From: Squalus acanthias
Lineage: Eukaryota
Direction: 5' to 3'
Assembly (NCBI GenBank): GCA_030390025.1
Contig: CM059432.1
Location: forward strand, 2,604,001 to 2,668,000
DNA length: 64,000 nt
Program-made: the position numbers and the translations under genes
The notes under the pieces: generated by a model
Databases searched by the model: none
The model's input: the letters and a program-made list of their open reading frames with translations, nothing else
Told to the model about the DNA's origin: nothing
In this document: in pieces, positions 14,035 through 27,305 of the stretch
Layout of the letters: the number at the start of each line of letters is the position of its first letter
Position numbering within the stretch: position 1 is the first letter of the stretch

Positions 14035-14472
14035 TGAGAAGTCGCACAACACCAGGTTATAGTCCAACAGTTTTATTTAAAATTACGAGCTTTCGGAGCG
14101 CTGCTCCTTCGTCAGGTACAGGTACAGTGAGGGAATACAAATCGACTACACAGTATATATAGACAGAGAACAATGTGTCTGCAGAGATACAATCTGTTAG
14201 GAAGGCATTACATCAAAGACACATCAGATTACAGCTAAGACAATGAGGTGGGTCACGGGGGGTCCAACGTGTCAAATGTTGCCGTCTGCAGTTGAGCTTT
14301 TAACTTTTTTGGGGGTTTTTTTTGTGTTTTTTTTTAAACTGGAAAGACAGACAACGATGTCGAGTCACGTTCTGCAGCGTGACATAAACCCGAGATCCCT
14401 ATTGAGGCCGTCCTCATGGGTGCGGAACTTGGCTATCAGTTTCTGCTCGATGATTTTGCGTTGTCGTGTGTC
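14035..14472 (-). mobile_element. Penelope-like element 3' end: GIY-YIG endonuclease C-terminus, UTR and terminal repeat
   Basis: Minus ORF ends DTRQRKIIEQKLIAKFRTHEDGLNRDLGFMSRCRT* (E..I..F.T...GLN, typical of PLE endonucleases). It is followed by the same terminal repeat found in the palindromic elements. Confidence 0.8.
14084..14118 (-). ncRNA. Minimal type I hammerhead ribozyme motif in a Penelope-like terminal repeat
   Basis: UAC-CUGACGA-A-GGAGC(AGC)GCUCC-GAAA-GCUC-GUA. Confidence 0.7.
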
Positions 14473-15164
14473 AGAGAGAGAGAGTGGGGGAGAGTGCGAA
14501 AGGGAGAGTGGGTGAGGGGGGGAGTGAGTGCGGGGGAGAGGGAGGGTGAGAGTGTGAGAGAGAAATGCAAGTCTTTTTGAAGAGTTTATAACCTGGGGAG
14601 ACACACATGCATTGTAGCTGCAGAACTTTTAGCACCCCAGAAAAGTTAGCCCCCCCCCCCCCCCCCCCCGCGCCAGAACTTGAGTGGTTGTGCCCCAAGA
14701 GGGAAGCGGGGTGCTAATGGAAGCGCCCCGCATCCCTCTTGGAGCGCTGCGAGTCAATAGCGTGGCGCTATGTGCCGCGGTATTGCAGGCCTTCCTTGCA
14801 CAGCGCGACCCGGGGCCCAGCTGGGACCCCGGGGATCGGGAGTGCCAGCAAAATAGCGTCCAGTGGTAAGTCAGGGGGCGCTTCCGAAGATCGCGGCCGG
14901 GGCGCTGCGCACGGCGATGATGTCATCGCCGGCGGTGCAGTGCCACGGGGCACTACTGGTTAGCGCCGCCGCTAACCTCCCACTGAATTTCGTGGGCAGC
15001 GCCACGCCCGGGCGCTAGTTGCCTTGCAAGAGGCCGCTAACGGGAGGCGCAAAGCAACCTAATTTTTTTCCCCCTGGTGTTTTGCACTGGTTCTTGGTGT
15101 AAAATCAGTGCATAGAATGCTGCTTGGCCCAACATCTTCGTTAGTTCATCATAGAATGACAAAA

Positions 15165-15640
15165 AGAAAGAAAGACTTACATTTATATAGCGCCTTTCAG
15201 GACCACCAGACGTCTCAAAGCGCTTTACAGCCAATGAAGTACTTTTTTGAAGTGTAGTCACTGTTGTAATGCAGGAAGCACGGCAGCCAATTTGCGCACA
15301 GCAAGCTCCCACAAACAGCAATGTGATAATGACCAAATAATCTTGTTTTTTGTTATGTTGATTGAGGGATAAATATTGGCCCCAGGACACCGGGGAGAAC
15401 TCCCCTGCTCTTCTTCAAAATAGTGGCCGTTGGATCTTTTACGCCCACCTGAGAGAGCAGACGGGGCCTCGGTTTAACGTCTCACCCGAAAGATGGCACC
15501 TCCGACAGTGCAGCACTCCCTCAGCACCGCACTGGGAGTGTCAGCCTAGATTTTTGTGCTCGAGTCTCTGGAGTGGGACTTGAACCCACGACCTTCTGAC
15601 TCAGAGGCGAGGGTGCTACCCACTGAGCCACGGCTGACAC
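15165..15640 (-). mobile_element. tRNA-derived Deu-domain SINE (SacSINE1-like), full length. Other copies: about 725-1070-, 22672-23131-, 26828-27250+, 37191-37395-, 41920-42245-, 43135-43601-, 43720-44070+, 45010-45290+, 56128-56560+, 57435-57702-, 63770-64000-
   Basis: Pol III A box TGGCTCAGTGG and B box GGTTCAAGTCC, central GGTGCCGTCTTTCGGATGAGACGTTAAACCGAGG-type block, tail GCGCTATATAAATGYAAGT(CTTT)n. Confidence 0.8.
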
Positions 15641-15847
15641 TGCACAGAAGGAGGCCATTCGGCCCATCGTGCCTGTGCCGGCTCTTTGAAAGAGCTCTCC
15701 AATTCGTCCCACTCCCCCCTGCTCTTTCCCCACAGCCCTGCAAAACTTTTTCCCTTCAAGTATTTATACTATGGTGTATCTTTATACACAGTATTTGTGC
15801 AATTCACTGTAAACTCGTAATAAATTATGCCATCTTTTTTTTAAAAG

Positions 15848-15974
15848 GTTGGGATTCGAGGTAAAGATATCGTTGTTCTCGGTGTGGAGAAAAAGTCTGT
15901 TGCAAAACTTCAGGAGGAGAGAACAGTGAGAAAAATCTGTGCACTTGATGACCATGTCTGCATGGCATTTGCAG
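15848..15974 (+). CDS. PSMA8: PSMA8 exon 2
   Basis: aaaag|GTT...GCAG|gtaagc; [42 protein letters not shown]; 127 nt. Confidence 0.93.
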
Positions 15975-16083
15975 GTAAGCTGTGGGATTTGACCTTTTAT
16001 GCTTTTCAGTGCAAATTAATTGCCTGTGGTTTGTTCAGATTGTTTTGCATGTTTGGATTAAAAAAATATAAACTACATGGAAT

Positions 16084-16228
16084 CAGTGTTCCCTGTAATT
16101 TTTTTTTGGGGCTGCGCGGCCCCATCCAAAATTCCCCGCGTGCGCGATTTTTCCTTTGAAAAGCCGGTGATCCGGCTGCGCAGGACCTCCAGAGCGCTGT
16201 GCGGCCGCGCAACTTAAAGGGAACATTG
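16084..16228. mobile_element. hAT-type MITE
   Basis: TIR CA(G/A)TGTTCCCT; perfect 8-bp TSD CATGGAAT. Confidence 0.82.
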
Positions 16229-16324
16229 CATGGAATATATGTAAGAAATACTCATTGAATTGTTTTTGAATGTGATTCCGTGAAAGCCGTAACGCTCAGC
16301 TTGTCCTGATGATGATCGTAGAAT

Positions 16325-18690
16325 AGAATCATCGAAGTTTACGGCACAGAAGGAGGCCATTCGGCCCATCGTGTCTGCGCCGGTCGAAGAAGAGCTCCCC
16401 AGCCTAATCCCACTTTCTAGCTCTTGGTCCGTAGCCCTGTAGGTTACGGCACTTCAAGTGCACATCCAAGTACTTTTTAAATGTGCTGAGGGTTTCTGCC
16501 TCCACCACCCTTTCAGGCAGTGAGTTCCAGACCCCCACCACCCTCTGGGTGAACAAAGTTCTCCTTAACTCCCCTCTAATCCTTCTACCAATTACCTTAA
16601 ATCTATGCCCTGTGGTTATTGACCTCCCTGCTAAGGGAACTAGGTCCTTCCTATCTATCTTGGCCCCTCTTAATTTTATACACCTCAATTAAGTCTCCCT
16701 TCAGCCTCCTCTCTTCCAAAGAAAGAAGAAAGAAAGACTTGCATTTATATAGCGCCTTTCACGACCACCGGACGTCCCAAAGCGCTTTACAGCCAATGAA
16801 GTACTTTTGAAGTGTAGTCACTGTTGTAATGTAGGAAACGCGGCAGCCAATTTGCACACAGCAAGATCCCACAAACAGCAATGTAATAATGACCAGATCA
16901 TCTGTTTTAGTGTTGTTGGAAACAACCCCAGCCTATCCAATCTTTCCTCATAGCTAAAATTCTCCAGTCCTGGCAACATCCTCGTAAATCTCCTCTGTAC
17001 CCTCTCTAGTGCAGTCACATCTTTCCTGTAATGTGGTGACCAGAACTGCAAGCAGTACTCTAGCTGTGGCCTAACTAGTGTTTTATACAGTTCAAGCATA
17101 ACTTCCCTGCTCTTATATTCTATGCCTCGGCTAATAAAGGCAAGTATCCCGTATGCCTTCTTAACCACCTTCTCTACCTGGCCTGCTACCTTCAGGGATC
17201 TGTGAACATGCACTCCATGATCCCTCTGATCCTCTGCACTTCTCAGTATCCTACCATTTATTGTGTATTCCCTTGCCTTGTTAGCCCTCCCCAAATGCAT
17301 TACCTCACTTCTCCGGATTGAATTCAGTTTGTCACTTTTCTGCCCACCTGACCAGTCCATTGATATCATCCTGCAGTCTACAGCTTTCTTCCTCACTATC
17401 AACCACATGGACAGTTTTTGTATCATCTGCAAACTTCTTAATCATACCCCCCTACATTGCAGTCTAAATCATTGATGTATACTGCAAAAAGTTGGGGACT
17501 TAGTACTGAGCCCTGCAGAACCCCACTGGAAACAGCCATCCAGTCATAAAAACATCTGTCGACCATTACCCTCTGCTTCCTGCCACTGAGCCAATTGTGG
17601 ATCCAACTTGTCACTTTCCCTTGGATCCCATGGGCTTTTACTTTCTTGACCAACCTGCCATGTGGGGCCTTGTCAAAGGCCTTGCTAAAATCCATGTGGA
17701 CGACATCAAACGCACGACCCTCATTGACCCTCCTCGTTACCACCTCAAAAAATTCAATCAAGTTAGTCAAACACGACCTTCCCTTAACAAATCCATGCTG
17801 ACTGTCCTTGATTAATCCGTGACTTTTTAAATGACTATTAATACTGTCCCTCAGAATTGTTTCCAATAATTTGTCCACCACTGAGGTTAGGCTGACTGGC
17901 CTGTAATTACTCGGTCTATCCCTTTCTCCCTTTTTAAACTATGGCACAATGTTAGCAGTGCTCCGGCACCACACCTGTAGTCAGAGAGGATTGAAATATG
18001 ACGGTCAGAGGCTCAGTTATTTCCTCCCTTGCTTCTCTTAACAGGCTGGGATACATTTCACTCAGGCCTGATGATTTATCTACTTTCAAAGATGCTAAAC
18101 CCCTTACTACTTCCTCTCTCTGTTTATCTCATCTAATATTTCACACTCCTCCTCCTAACTACAATGTCTGCATCATCCCTCTCTTTTGTGAAGATGGACG
18201 CAAAGTATTCATTAAGAACCATACCCACGTCTTCCGCCTCCACACACAAGCTTCCTTTTTGGTCTCTAATAGGCCCTACTCTTTCTTTAGTTATCCTCTT
18301 GCTCTTTATGTATTTATAAAACAGCTTTGGGTTTTCCTTGATTTTACTTGCCAATATTTTTTCATGCCCTCTCTTTGCTTTCCTAATTGCCTTTTTAATT
18401 TCACCCCCGCACTTTCTATACTCCTCTCGGCTTTCTGCAGTATTTAGCTCTCGGTATCTGACATAAGCTTCCCTTTTTTGCCTTATCCTACGCTGTATGC
18501 CCCTTGACATTCAGGGGCTCGAGATTTGGGAGTCCCACCCTTTTTCTTTGTGGGAACATATTTGCTCTGAACTCTCGCTATCTCCTCCTTGAATGCCTCC
18601 CACTGCTCTGACACTGATTTACCTTCAAGTAGCTGTTTCCAGCCCACTTTTGCTAAATCACATCTCGGCTTAGTAAAATTGGCCTTTCCC
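16325..18690 (-). mobile_element. CR1 ORF2 3' portion with a nested SINE at about 16720-16915
   Basis: QHGFVKGRSCLTNL, DFSKAFDK, LYKTLVRPQLEYC, FTQRVVGVWNSLP. Confidence 0.85.
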
Positions 18691-18892
18691 CAATCGGGAC
18701 ACTTAATTCTGGCGCGGACTCGATGGGCCGAATGGCCGCCTCCTATGCTGTACTGTTCTATGATTCTATGAAATATTTATCACAAACAAGGTCACATTTG
18801 ACAAAGCCGAGCATCACACAAGTCTCTCAACTGTCCAACTGCAGCATCAAAATGCTGTGGAACACCTTTGCAGTAACATTCATTTTTTAAAA

Positions 18893-19733
18893 TTAATTCT
18901 CGGGATGTGGGCGTCGCTGGCAAGGCCAGCGTTTATTGCCCATCCCTAGTTGCCCTTGAGAAGGTGGTGGTGAGCCGCCTTCTTGAACCGCTGCAGTCCG
19001 TGTGGCGAAGGTGCTCCCACAGTGCTGACTTTGTCGTAGCGGTTTGGTACAACTGAGTGTCTCGCTCGGCCATTTCAGAGGGCAGTTAAGAGTCAACCAC
19101 ATTGCTGTGGGTCTGGAGTCACATATAGGCCAGACCGGGTAAGGGCGGCAGATTTCCTTCCCTAAAGGACATTAGTGAATCAGATGGGTTTTTAAAACAA
19201 TCCGGTAGTTTCATGGTCACCATTACTGATACAGGAAACTCTTTATTAACCGGGACCGGCGTGGTGCCGGTTAATCAAAAAGTCCGGATAACGGAGAGTT
19301 ATATCTCCCAACGTACGAGAGCCCCGTACACACTGACATGCGCCTGCATTCGGAGCTCCGTCTCCCCGGGGACCGCCAGCTGACCATCTGTCGTGTCCGC
19401 TGCCTACCCGGGCTGCACATTCCCCTCCCAATCTACACGCTCCGATACAAGGCAAACGCCTCGGGGTTTTTTTAAGTTAATTTTAAACGAGAGATGAAGG
19501 AAAACCCCGGTTACCTACTCAAGAATTTTGCCGGTTAAGAGAGATTTCCGGATATTTGGGTGCCGGTTAATAAAGAGTTTCCTGTACTAGCTTTTTTATT
19601 CCAGATTTATTTCAGTAATTGAATTTAAATTCCCCAGCTGCCGTGGTGGGATTTTGAACTCTTGTCTCTGGATTATTAGTCAAGGCCTCTGGATTACTAG
19701 TCCAGTAACATAACCACTCTACTACCGTACCCC
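18893..19733 (-). mobile_element. Second tRNA-derived SINE family with a LINE-derived tail (copy at about 36420-37100)
   Basis: Minus-strand head GGGTACGGTAGTAGAGTGG...GAGTTCAAAATCCC; the 3' part matches the LINE tail at 26330-26450. Confidence 0.6.
19232..19584. mobile_element. Tc1/mariner (pogo-like) MITE nested in a SINE
   Basis: TIR CAGGAAACTCTTTATTAACCGG; TA TSD. Confidence 0.85.
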
Positions 19734-20044
19734 AATAGCCCTATTAGATTCATGATATGTAAGTGCACTGTGAATTTCATGGGGCTATTTTATTAGTCTG
19801 GTTTTTATATTTAAAAATAGCCATAAGCTGGACCGTGTAATGCTGGTTTTCAAAAAATATTTGCTAGATAAAATGATGTTACACATAACTCACTGAAATT
19901 GGAGCCTGGAACTTGGTATTTTTTGGTTCTATTTGATCTCTATCAATTCTTCATTCACTGATGCGACTAGATGTTTTTTTTTGGCAGCACCTGAGCCAAT
20001 CGGGGTTCACGGTCTTAAGTTCCATTTTGAATTCACTCTTCTAA

Positions 20045-20326
<282 letters not shown>

Positions 20327-21713
20327 TAAGCTTGCACTGAATAAAAAGGCCAACTTTTTAAAACGGGCCATTATGGTAACTCTCGAGAACCCAATGAGCC
20401 TGACTAGAAGAGTGAGAGGTGATCGCATTGAAACATACAAGATTCTGAGGGGGATTGACAGGGTCGATGCTGAGAGGTTGTTTCCCCCTGGCTGGAGTGT
20501 CTGGAACCAGGGGTCACAGTCTCAGGATTTAGGGCTGAGATGAGGAGGAATTTTTTCACTCAGAGGATTGTGAATCTTTGGAATTCTCTGCCTCAAAGAG
20601 CTGTGGTTCCTCACTCGCTGAGTATATTCAGGACTGAGATCGATAGATTTTTGGACTCTCGGGGAATCGAGGGATATGAAGATCGGACTGGAAACTGGAG
20701 TTACGGTAGATGATCAGCCATGATCTTATTGAATGGCGGAGCAGGCTCGAGGGGGCGTATGGCCGACTCCTGCTCCTAATTCTTGTGTTCTTACGTTCTG
20801 TAGCAGATAAAACATTAGAGGGCACCCTGAAAAAGGAAATAATGAAGCGCGTAGAGTAATGTAGACCAGCGGGAGGGAGTCAGCGTGGCTTTCCGGGAGG
20901 GAGGCAATGTCTGACAGTCTGTTGGATTTAGTGGATAAAGGAAACTCGATAGACGTTGGGGGGGGAATTGGTCTTCGACAGTAGCGGCAAACGGGCGATA
21001 GCGAGCTGGCAGCCCGTTTTCCCGTTGAGGTCACTGGAGAAGGAAATCGTGCGGGGTGTCAAACAGGCTGGCGATTTGCGGTCGCGCGTGTGGTGATCTC
21101 GCTGATGACCAATTTCACCCCAGTCTGTTGAGATTTTGTGAAAGCCTTTGACGCTGTTGCTCTAAAGGCAATTGGAAGGCTTGGAGTGGGAGCTCACGGA
21201 ACGGAGCAGCAATTGACTGACTCAGAGGAATCAAAATAATTAGACATGATCCTGCATCCTGAAGGGAAGCGAGTGATTAGCGGGATCCTCGGGAGCCAGT
21301 GCTGTGGCCATTATTATTTACCTCGTACAGCCAAACAATATGGAAGTTGGGACAGAAGCAAGTCTAGATTTGTTAATAAAACTTGGGGTTGTAAATTAAA
21401 GGGAATAAACAGACCAAATACAGAAGAATCTATTGAAATGGTGGCGGGGAGACGCACTGCACTGGTGGGGGGGGGGACACGCTGCACTATCAAGCGGCAG
21501 ATGTCGTTTTAAGGTAACCAAATAATATTGTTCTGCATCTCCTAATAAAACGTGGACCTGGAGAAGCTTGTGATCCATGCGCCTTGTTCCCTGCTACTTG
21601 AAAAAGAGATGGGTGCATTAAAAGAAAATATTTGGGGGAAGAAATAGACAGTGTTGAACAATAGATTTGCTTTTAGCAGATGAAATGGTGGGAGCTTGTA
21701 ACTAATACTTCTA

Positions 21714-22148
21714 GGCCCAGAATTTGCGGTCAGCGGCGAAGCAAAGGCATTAAAGATGAACGAATTTCTTAATTGTAAATTTTATTAAAATGGATAAATT
21801 TGGGACGGCGCAAAATTAAAATGAGTTTTTCAGGCTCATAACCTTTGTTTAGCCGTCAATACGCTGTTAAAACCCCAGTTACACCTAATCCCTCTGGGTC
21901 TAACTTTTAGTGGGGAATTTAACAGCGGTATTCCTGCAGAAGATTCCCTGATTTGAGTAATTACAATGATTGCCGGCTCTGTTTGCCGGGGAGGGGGGGG
22001 AGGGCACAATGCAGCCAGTGTCCGAGCAGCGAATGACAGACCGCAACTTCAGGATTCCCACCTGCGCCTGAAGTTGCGGTCAGTTTCCGAGGCGGAATGA
22101 TGGCGAACGCTGCTAGTTTGCCGTCCTCTGGACCGCAGGTTCTGGGCC
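21714..22148. mobile_element. Non-autonomous DNA transposon (PIF/Harbinger-like ends)
   Basis: TIR GGCCCAGAATTTGCGGTC / GACCGCAGGTTCTGGGCC. Confidence 0.6.
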
Positions 22149-22378
22149 CGAATCTCTCAGTACAGTACTAAGCTCCTTTGCAATTAGTCAATTTTTACAG
22201 AAGTTCAAACACTGATGGAGTTGCCTGTCAAAATCCCTCTGTTCTGCACTGCTCGAAGTGGTGAACCACTTTATTTTGCTGGTTACTCGCAAGAAGTGAG
22301 AAATGATTAACCAACAGAATTGTTTGATGTATCTAGCGGCAGGTTGCTGGAAGTTTAATACTTTGATGTTTTGTTTAG

Positions 22379-22702
<324 letters not shown>

Positions 22703-23360
22703 TAGCGCCATTCACGACCTCAGGACGTCCCAAAGCGCTTTACAGCCAATGAAGTACTTTTTGAAGTGGAGTCACTGTTATAATGTAGGAAATGCGGCAG
22801 CCAATTTGTGCACAGCAAGCTCCCACAAACAGCAATGTGATAATGACCAGATAATCTGTTTTTTTGATGATGATTGAGGGATAAATATTGGCCCCAGGAC
22901 ACCGGAGATAACTCCCCTGCTCTTCTTCGAACTAGTGCCATGGAATCTTTTACGTCCACCTGAGAGGGCAGACGGGGCCTCGGTTTAACGTCTCGTCTGA
23001 AAGACGGCACCTCCGACAGTGCAGCACTCCCTCAGCACTGCACTGGGAGTGTCAGCCTGGATTGATGTGCTCAAGTCTCTGAACCCATGACCTTCTGAGT
23101 CGAGAGTGTGACCCGCTGAGCCACGGCTGACACACTGGTACCTTGCTTAAGTGGTTACTTTCACACGTGAGCTGAGTGAGTATCGGTGGGCTATCGCACA
23201 TTGGGGGCCCTCCCACCCAGACCCACCGTGAAAGACACACGTGAAAGCAAAGCAAGGGACTGCTGAATAGCAAATGCGAGCAAATATTTATTTGCTCCTA
23301 ATGCCAGATCCTGTGGACAACTAAGTGTCCTGCCTGAAATTGCTTTGTCTATAATCTTCA

Positions 23361-23793
23361 TGATGCGGAGATGCCGGTGTTGGACTGGGGTGGACAAATG
23401 TGAGAAGTCGCACAACACCAGGTTATAGTCCAACAGTTTTATTTGAAATCACAAGCTTTCGGAGCGGCTGCTCCTTCGTCAGGTGAAGTCACCTGATGAA
23501 GGAGCAGCCGCTCCGAAAGCTTGTGATTTCAAATAAAACTGTTGGACTATAACCTGGTGTTGTGCGACTTCTCATAAGAACATAAGAAATAGGAGCAGGA
23601 GTAGGCCAATTGGCCCCTCGAGCCTGCTCCGCCATTCAATAAGATCATGGCTGATCTGATCCTAACCGCCAATCTACTATCACAGAACCATCTCCTGAAC
23701 CTAACAGAATTGGACACACGAAATAGGAGCAGGATCAGGCTACACGGCCCCTGGGTCCGCTCCGCTACCCACAGGGCCATGACCGATCCGAAC
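23361..23793. mobile_element. Palindromic Penelope-derived element plus CR1-tail sequence, flanked by a 12-bp TSD
   Basis: 86-bp inverted arms at 23401-23486 and 23489-23574; CTATAATCTTCA at 23349-23360 and 23794-23805. Confidence 0.75.
23449..23526. ncRNA. Back-to-back minimal hammerhead motifs (minus 23449-23486; plus 23489-23526)
   Basis: UCAC-CUGAYGA-A-GGAGC(AGCC)GCUCC-GAAA-GCUU-GUGA on each strand, with palindromic AAGCTT in place of helix III. Confidence 0.75.
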
Positions 23794-24095
23794 CTATAAT
23801 CTTCAGCAGAGACCAGGAATTAAATCTGGAAACCTCTTGGTTCATTTGATTCGGTACCACGTTAGCATAAGAACATAAGAAATAGGAGCAGGAGTGGGCC
23901 ATACGGTCCTTTGAGCCTGCTCCACCACTCAGTGAGATCATGGAGTGCAGATATTATTGCTATGTATGTAAAAGCAGCAGTCATTTTTTGAGATAATTGT
24001 TGAGATGTGAAAATGTGATTTTTTTTTTAAAAAGAGCATCTGAACACTGCAAATGAGATAGCACGAGCATAACTGTACAACTTTTGTATCAACAG

Positions 24096-24215
24096 GCAAA
24101 TGCCATTGGTCGGAGTGCCAAGACGGTCAGAGAATTCCTTGAAAAGAACTACACTGATGAAGCCATTGCAACAGACAATGACACTATCAAGCTGGCAATT
24201 AAGGCTTTGCTGGAA
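24096..24215 (+). CDS. PSMA8: PSMA8 exon 5
   Basis: aacag|GCAAAT...CTGGAA|gtgagt; [40 protein letters not shown]; 120 nt. Confidence 0.94.
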
Positions 24216-24974
24216 GTGAGTGAAATTCATTATTGCCAAGATGCGCAGAGCCATCATTGGCATCCATGACCTCATTGTCCCCCCTCCCTATCTCTGTAAT
24301 CTCCTCCAGCCCTAGAATCCCCCTAGACTTCTGCGCTCCGCCTATTCTGGCCTTTTGAGCATCCCCGATTTTATTCGCTCCACCATTGGCGGCCGTGCCT
24401 TCAGCTGCCTGGGCCCGAAGCTCTGGAATTCCCTCCCGAAACCTTTCCGCCTCTCTACTTCTCTCTTTCCTCCTCTAAGACGCTCCTTAAAACCTCCCCC
24501 TCTGACCAAGCTTTTTGTCACCTGTCCTGATATCTCCTTACATGGCTCGGTGACTTTTTTTTTTGATAACACTCTTGTGAAGCACCTTGGGAAGTTTTAT
24601 TACGTTAAAGGAGCTATATAAATACAAGTTGTTGTTGTTGTATACTGGCGGAAATCTTAGAATCTCGTAATAAAAACTGCTGATGGCTTTTGCAGTCGCT
24701 ATCAACCAATGGCCCAAATCATGAAGTGACTGAATCGCGGACTGCGATTTTTCAAAAACGACTGGTAAAAATCTCGTAATTAAAATGAAATTTAACTTAT
24801 TTCCGTCATTGTAAGCCTGTGGCCCTGGTTGCAGTTCAACCGTCTGTCCCGTTATAATGCATGTGTGGAGGGTTAGTGCTGTGCGATCTTTGGTACTGCA
24901 ACATTGCCAGCCCTGCCAGATTACTGATTTTGTTGGTTTGTAGTGAGGTCACGTTTAAGAGATGGGGGGTCTCT

Positions 24975-25515
24975 TAACTAATGCTAGACTTGACTATTCC
25001 AATGCACTCCTGCCTGGCCTCCGATGTTCTACACTCCGTAAGCTTGAGGTCATCCAAAACTCGGCTGCCCGTGTCCTAACTCACACCAAGTCCCGTTCGC
25101 CCATCACCCCTGTGCTCGCTGACCTACATTGGCTTCCGGTTAAGCAACGCCTCGATTTCAAAATTCTCATCCTTGTTTTCAAATCCCTCCATAGCCTTGC
25201 CCTTCCCTATCTCTGTAATCTCCTCCAGCCCCACAACCCTCCGTGATCTCTGCGCTCTTCCAATTCTGGCCTCTTGAGCATCCCCGATTTCCATCGCTCC
25301 ACCATTGGCGGCCGTGCCTTCAGCTACCTGGGCCCTAAGCTCTGGAATTCCCTCCCTGAACCTCTCCGCCTCGCTTTCCTCCTTTAAGACTCTCCTTAAA
25401 ACCTACTTCTTGTCTGCCCTAATATCTCCTATGTGGCTCGGTGTCAAATTCTGTTTGATAACGCTCTTGTGAAGCGTCTTGGGATGTTTTACTACGGTAA
25501 AGGCGCTATAGTGTT
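24975..25515 (+). mobile_element. L2-clade LINE 3' end (further copies at about 4965-5350 -, 24270-24640 +, 44365-44930 +)
   Basis: RLDYSNALL...IQNSAARVLT...ITPVLADLHWLPVKQRLDFKIL, the typical L2 C-terminus. Confidence 0.85.
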
Positions 25516-26079
25516 GTGTGATGGCTACAGGTATGGAACACGCATTTTAAACTTTAAACAACATGGGCGGTTTGCTGAATTATATGTATTTTTTCCTGCT
25601 GATAGCTGTCCCGTCAGCCCTTCTCTGCCTAGTGAAGAGTTCTATGAATGTCCAAGCTTCCTGCTCAGGACCCTGTTTTCTCAGATTCTAGAACAGAGCG
25701 TGCAGACAGTAGAGTCACAGCTGCCCCACACATTCTCAGAAATGCTCTAGACATTCGGGCCATAATTGTTATAATCTGAAATGCACTGCCTGAAAGGGTG
25801 GACGAAGCAGATTCAATACTAACTTTCAAAAGGAGAATTGGATAATCTCCTCACATTCTGTCGTCTTTTGTACCTCCCCACCCCCTTTGCCCCATCATTG
25901 GTAGCCCTGCTTTTAGCCACCTAGGTCTGAGGCTCCAGAATTCTCTCTCTAAACTCCTCCACATCTCCGACTCCTCTTTAAGACCCTCGCTAATTCCCAC
26001 TTCTTTGACCACGCTTTTGGTCGTTTCACCAAATATCTCGTTCTTTAGCTTAGCCCCCATTTTTGATTACGCCTCAGCG

Positions 26080-26450
26080 CACCGTGGCTGCAGTGTGTAC
26101 CATCTACAAGATGCACTGCAGCAACTCGCAAAGGCTTCTTCGGCAGCACCTCCCAAACCCGCGACCTCTACCACCTAGAAGGACAAGGGCAGCAGGCGCA
26201 TGGGAACACCGCCACCTTCAAGTTCCCCTCCAAGTCACACACCATCCTGACTTGGAAAAATATCGGCAGTTCCCTCATCGTCGCTGGGTCACAATCCTGG
26301 AACTCCCTCCCTAACAGCACTGTGGGAGCACCTTCACCACACGGACTGCAGCGGTTCAAGAAGGCGGCTCACCACCACCTTCTCGAGGGCAACTAGGGAT
26401 GGGCAATAAATGCCGGCCTTGGCAGCGACGCCCAGATCCCATCAATGAAT
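26080..26450 (+). mobile_element. LINE 3' end of a further CR1/L2-superclade family (copies at about 34730-34885 and 52260-52580 on -)
   Basis: TVAAVCTIYKM...WNSLP-type terminus; its tail is shared with the SINE at 18893-19733. Confidence 0.65.
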
Positions 26451-26585
26451 ATTTAAAAAGTACATTGCAGTGTTTTTCTATATTAAAGGCACTGTGTAAA
26501 TGCCATATGTTGTTCCACCCTAGAAACATTTTATCTTAATTTTTTGCTTTTGGTATGACCTATTATTTGTACTTTTTCATTTTAG

Positions 26586-26648
26586 GTAGTACAGTCTGGC
26601 GGAAAAAATATTGAGCTGGCAGTAATAAGAAGGAATCAGCCACTAAAG
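26586..26648 (+). CDS. PSMA8: PSMA8 exon 6
   Basis: tttag|GTAGTA...CTAAAG|gtgagt; VVQSGGKNIELAVIRRNQPLK; 63 nt. Confidence 0.93.
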
Positions 26649-27305
26649 GTGAGTAGAAAACCTGTCTGGTATGTCCAGGTTTATAGCAGAACCTGTATAA
26701 TGAAGTGAAAATACATTTTACGATTGTGGGTTTTTTTGTGCAGAAAGAATACACCAATACATCCGCAAATAATCGTGTTCCATTGTCCTTGGGTAACATC
26801 ATTAGAAAGGGCCGTTTATTCTCCATCTGTCAGCCGTGGCTCAGTGAGTAGCACTTTTGCCTCGGAGTCAGAAAGTTGTGGGTTCAAGTCCCACTCCAGG
26901 GACGGCGGCACATAAACTAGGCTGACAGTGCAACGCTGAGGGAGTGCTGCACTGTCGGAGGTGCCGTCTTTCGGATGAGCGGTTAAACCGAGGCCCCGTC
27001 TGCTCTCTCAGGTGGGGGTAAAAGATCCCGCGGTCTTGCAAAAAAAGACCCTGGGGAGTTATCCCCAGCGCTGGAAAACAGATGATCTGGTCATTATGTC
27101 ATTGCTGTTTGCGGGAGCTTGCTGTGGGCAAATTGGCTGCCACGTTTCCTACATTACAGCAGTGACTGCACTTTTTAAAAAAAAAAACTTAATTACCTGT
27201 AATGCACTTTGGGACATGAAAGTCACTGTAGAAATGTAAGACTTTCTCTCCATCTCTCATTCACTTATCCTTCGGATACAGATGATTGGGCCGTCATTTA
27301 ACTCT

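Noticed and set aside
15555..15640. tRNA-like sequences with A and B boxes
   Set aside because: They are SINE heads continuous with SINE bodies; no complete cloverleaf was found.
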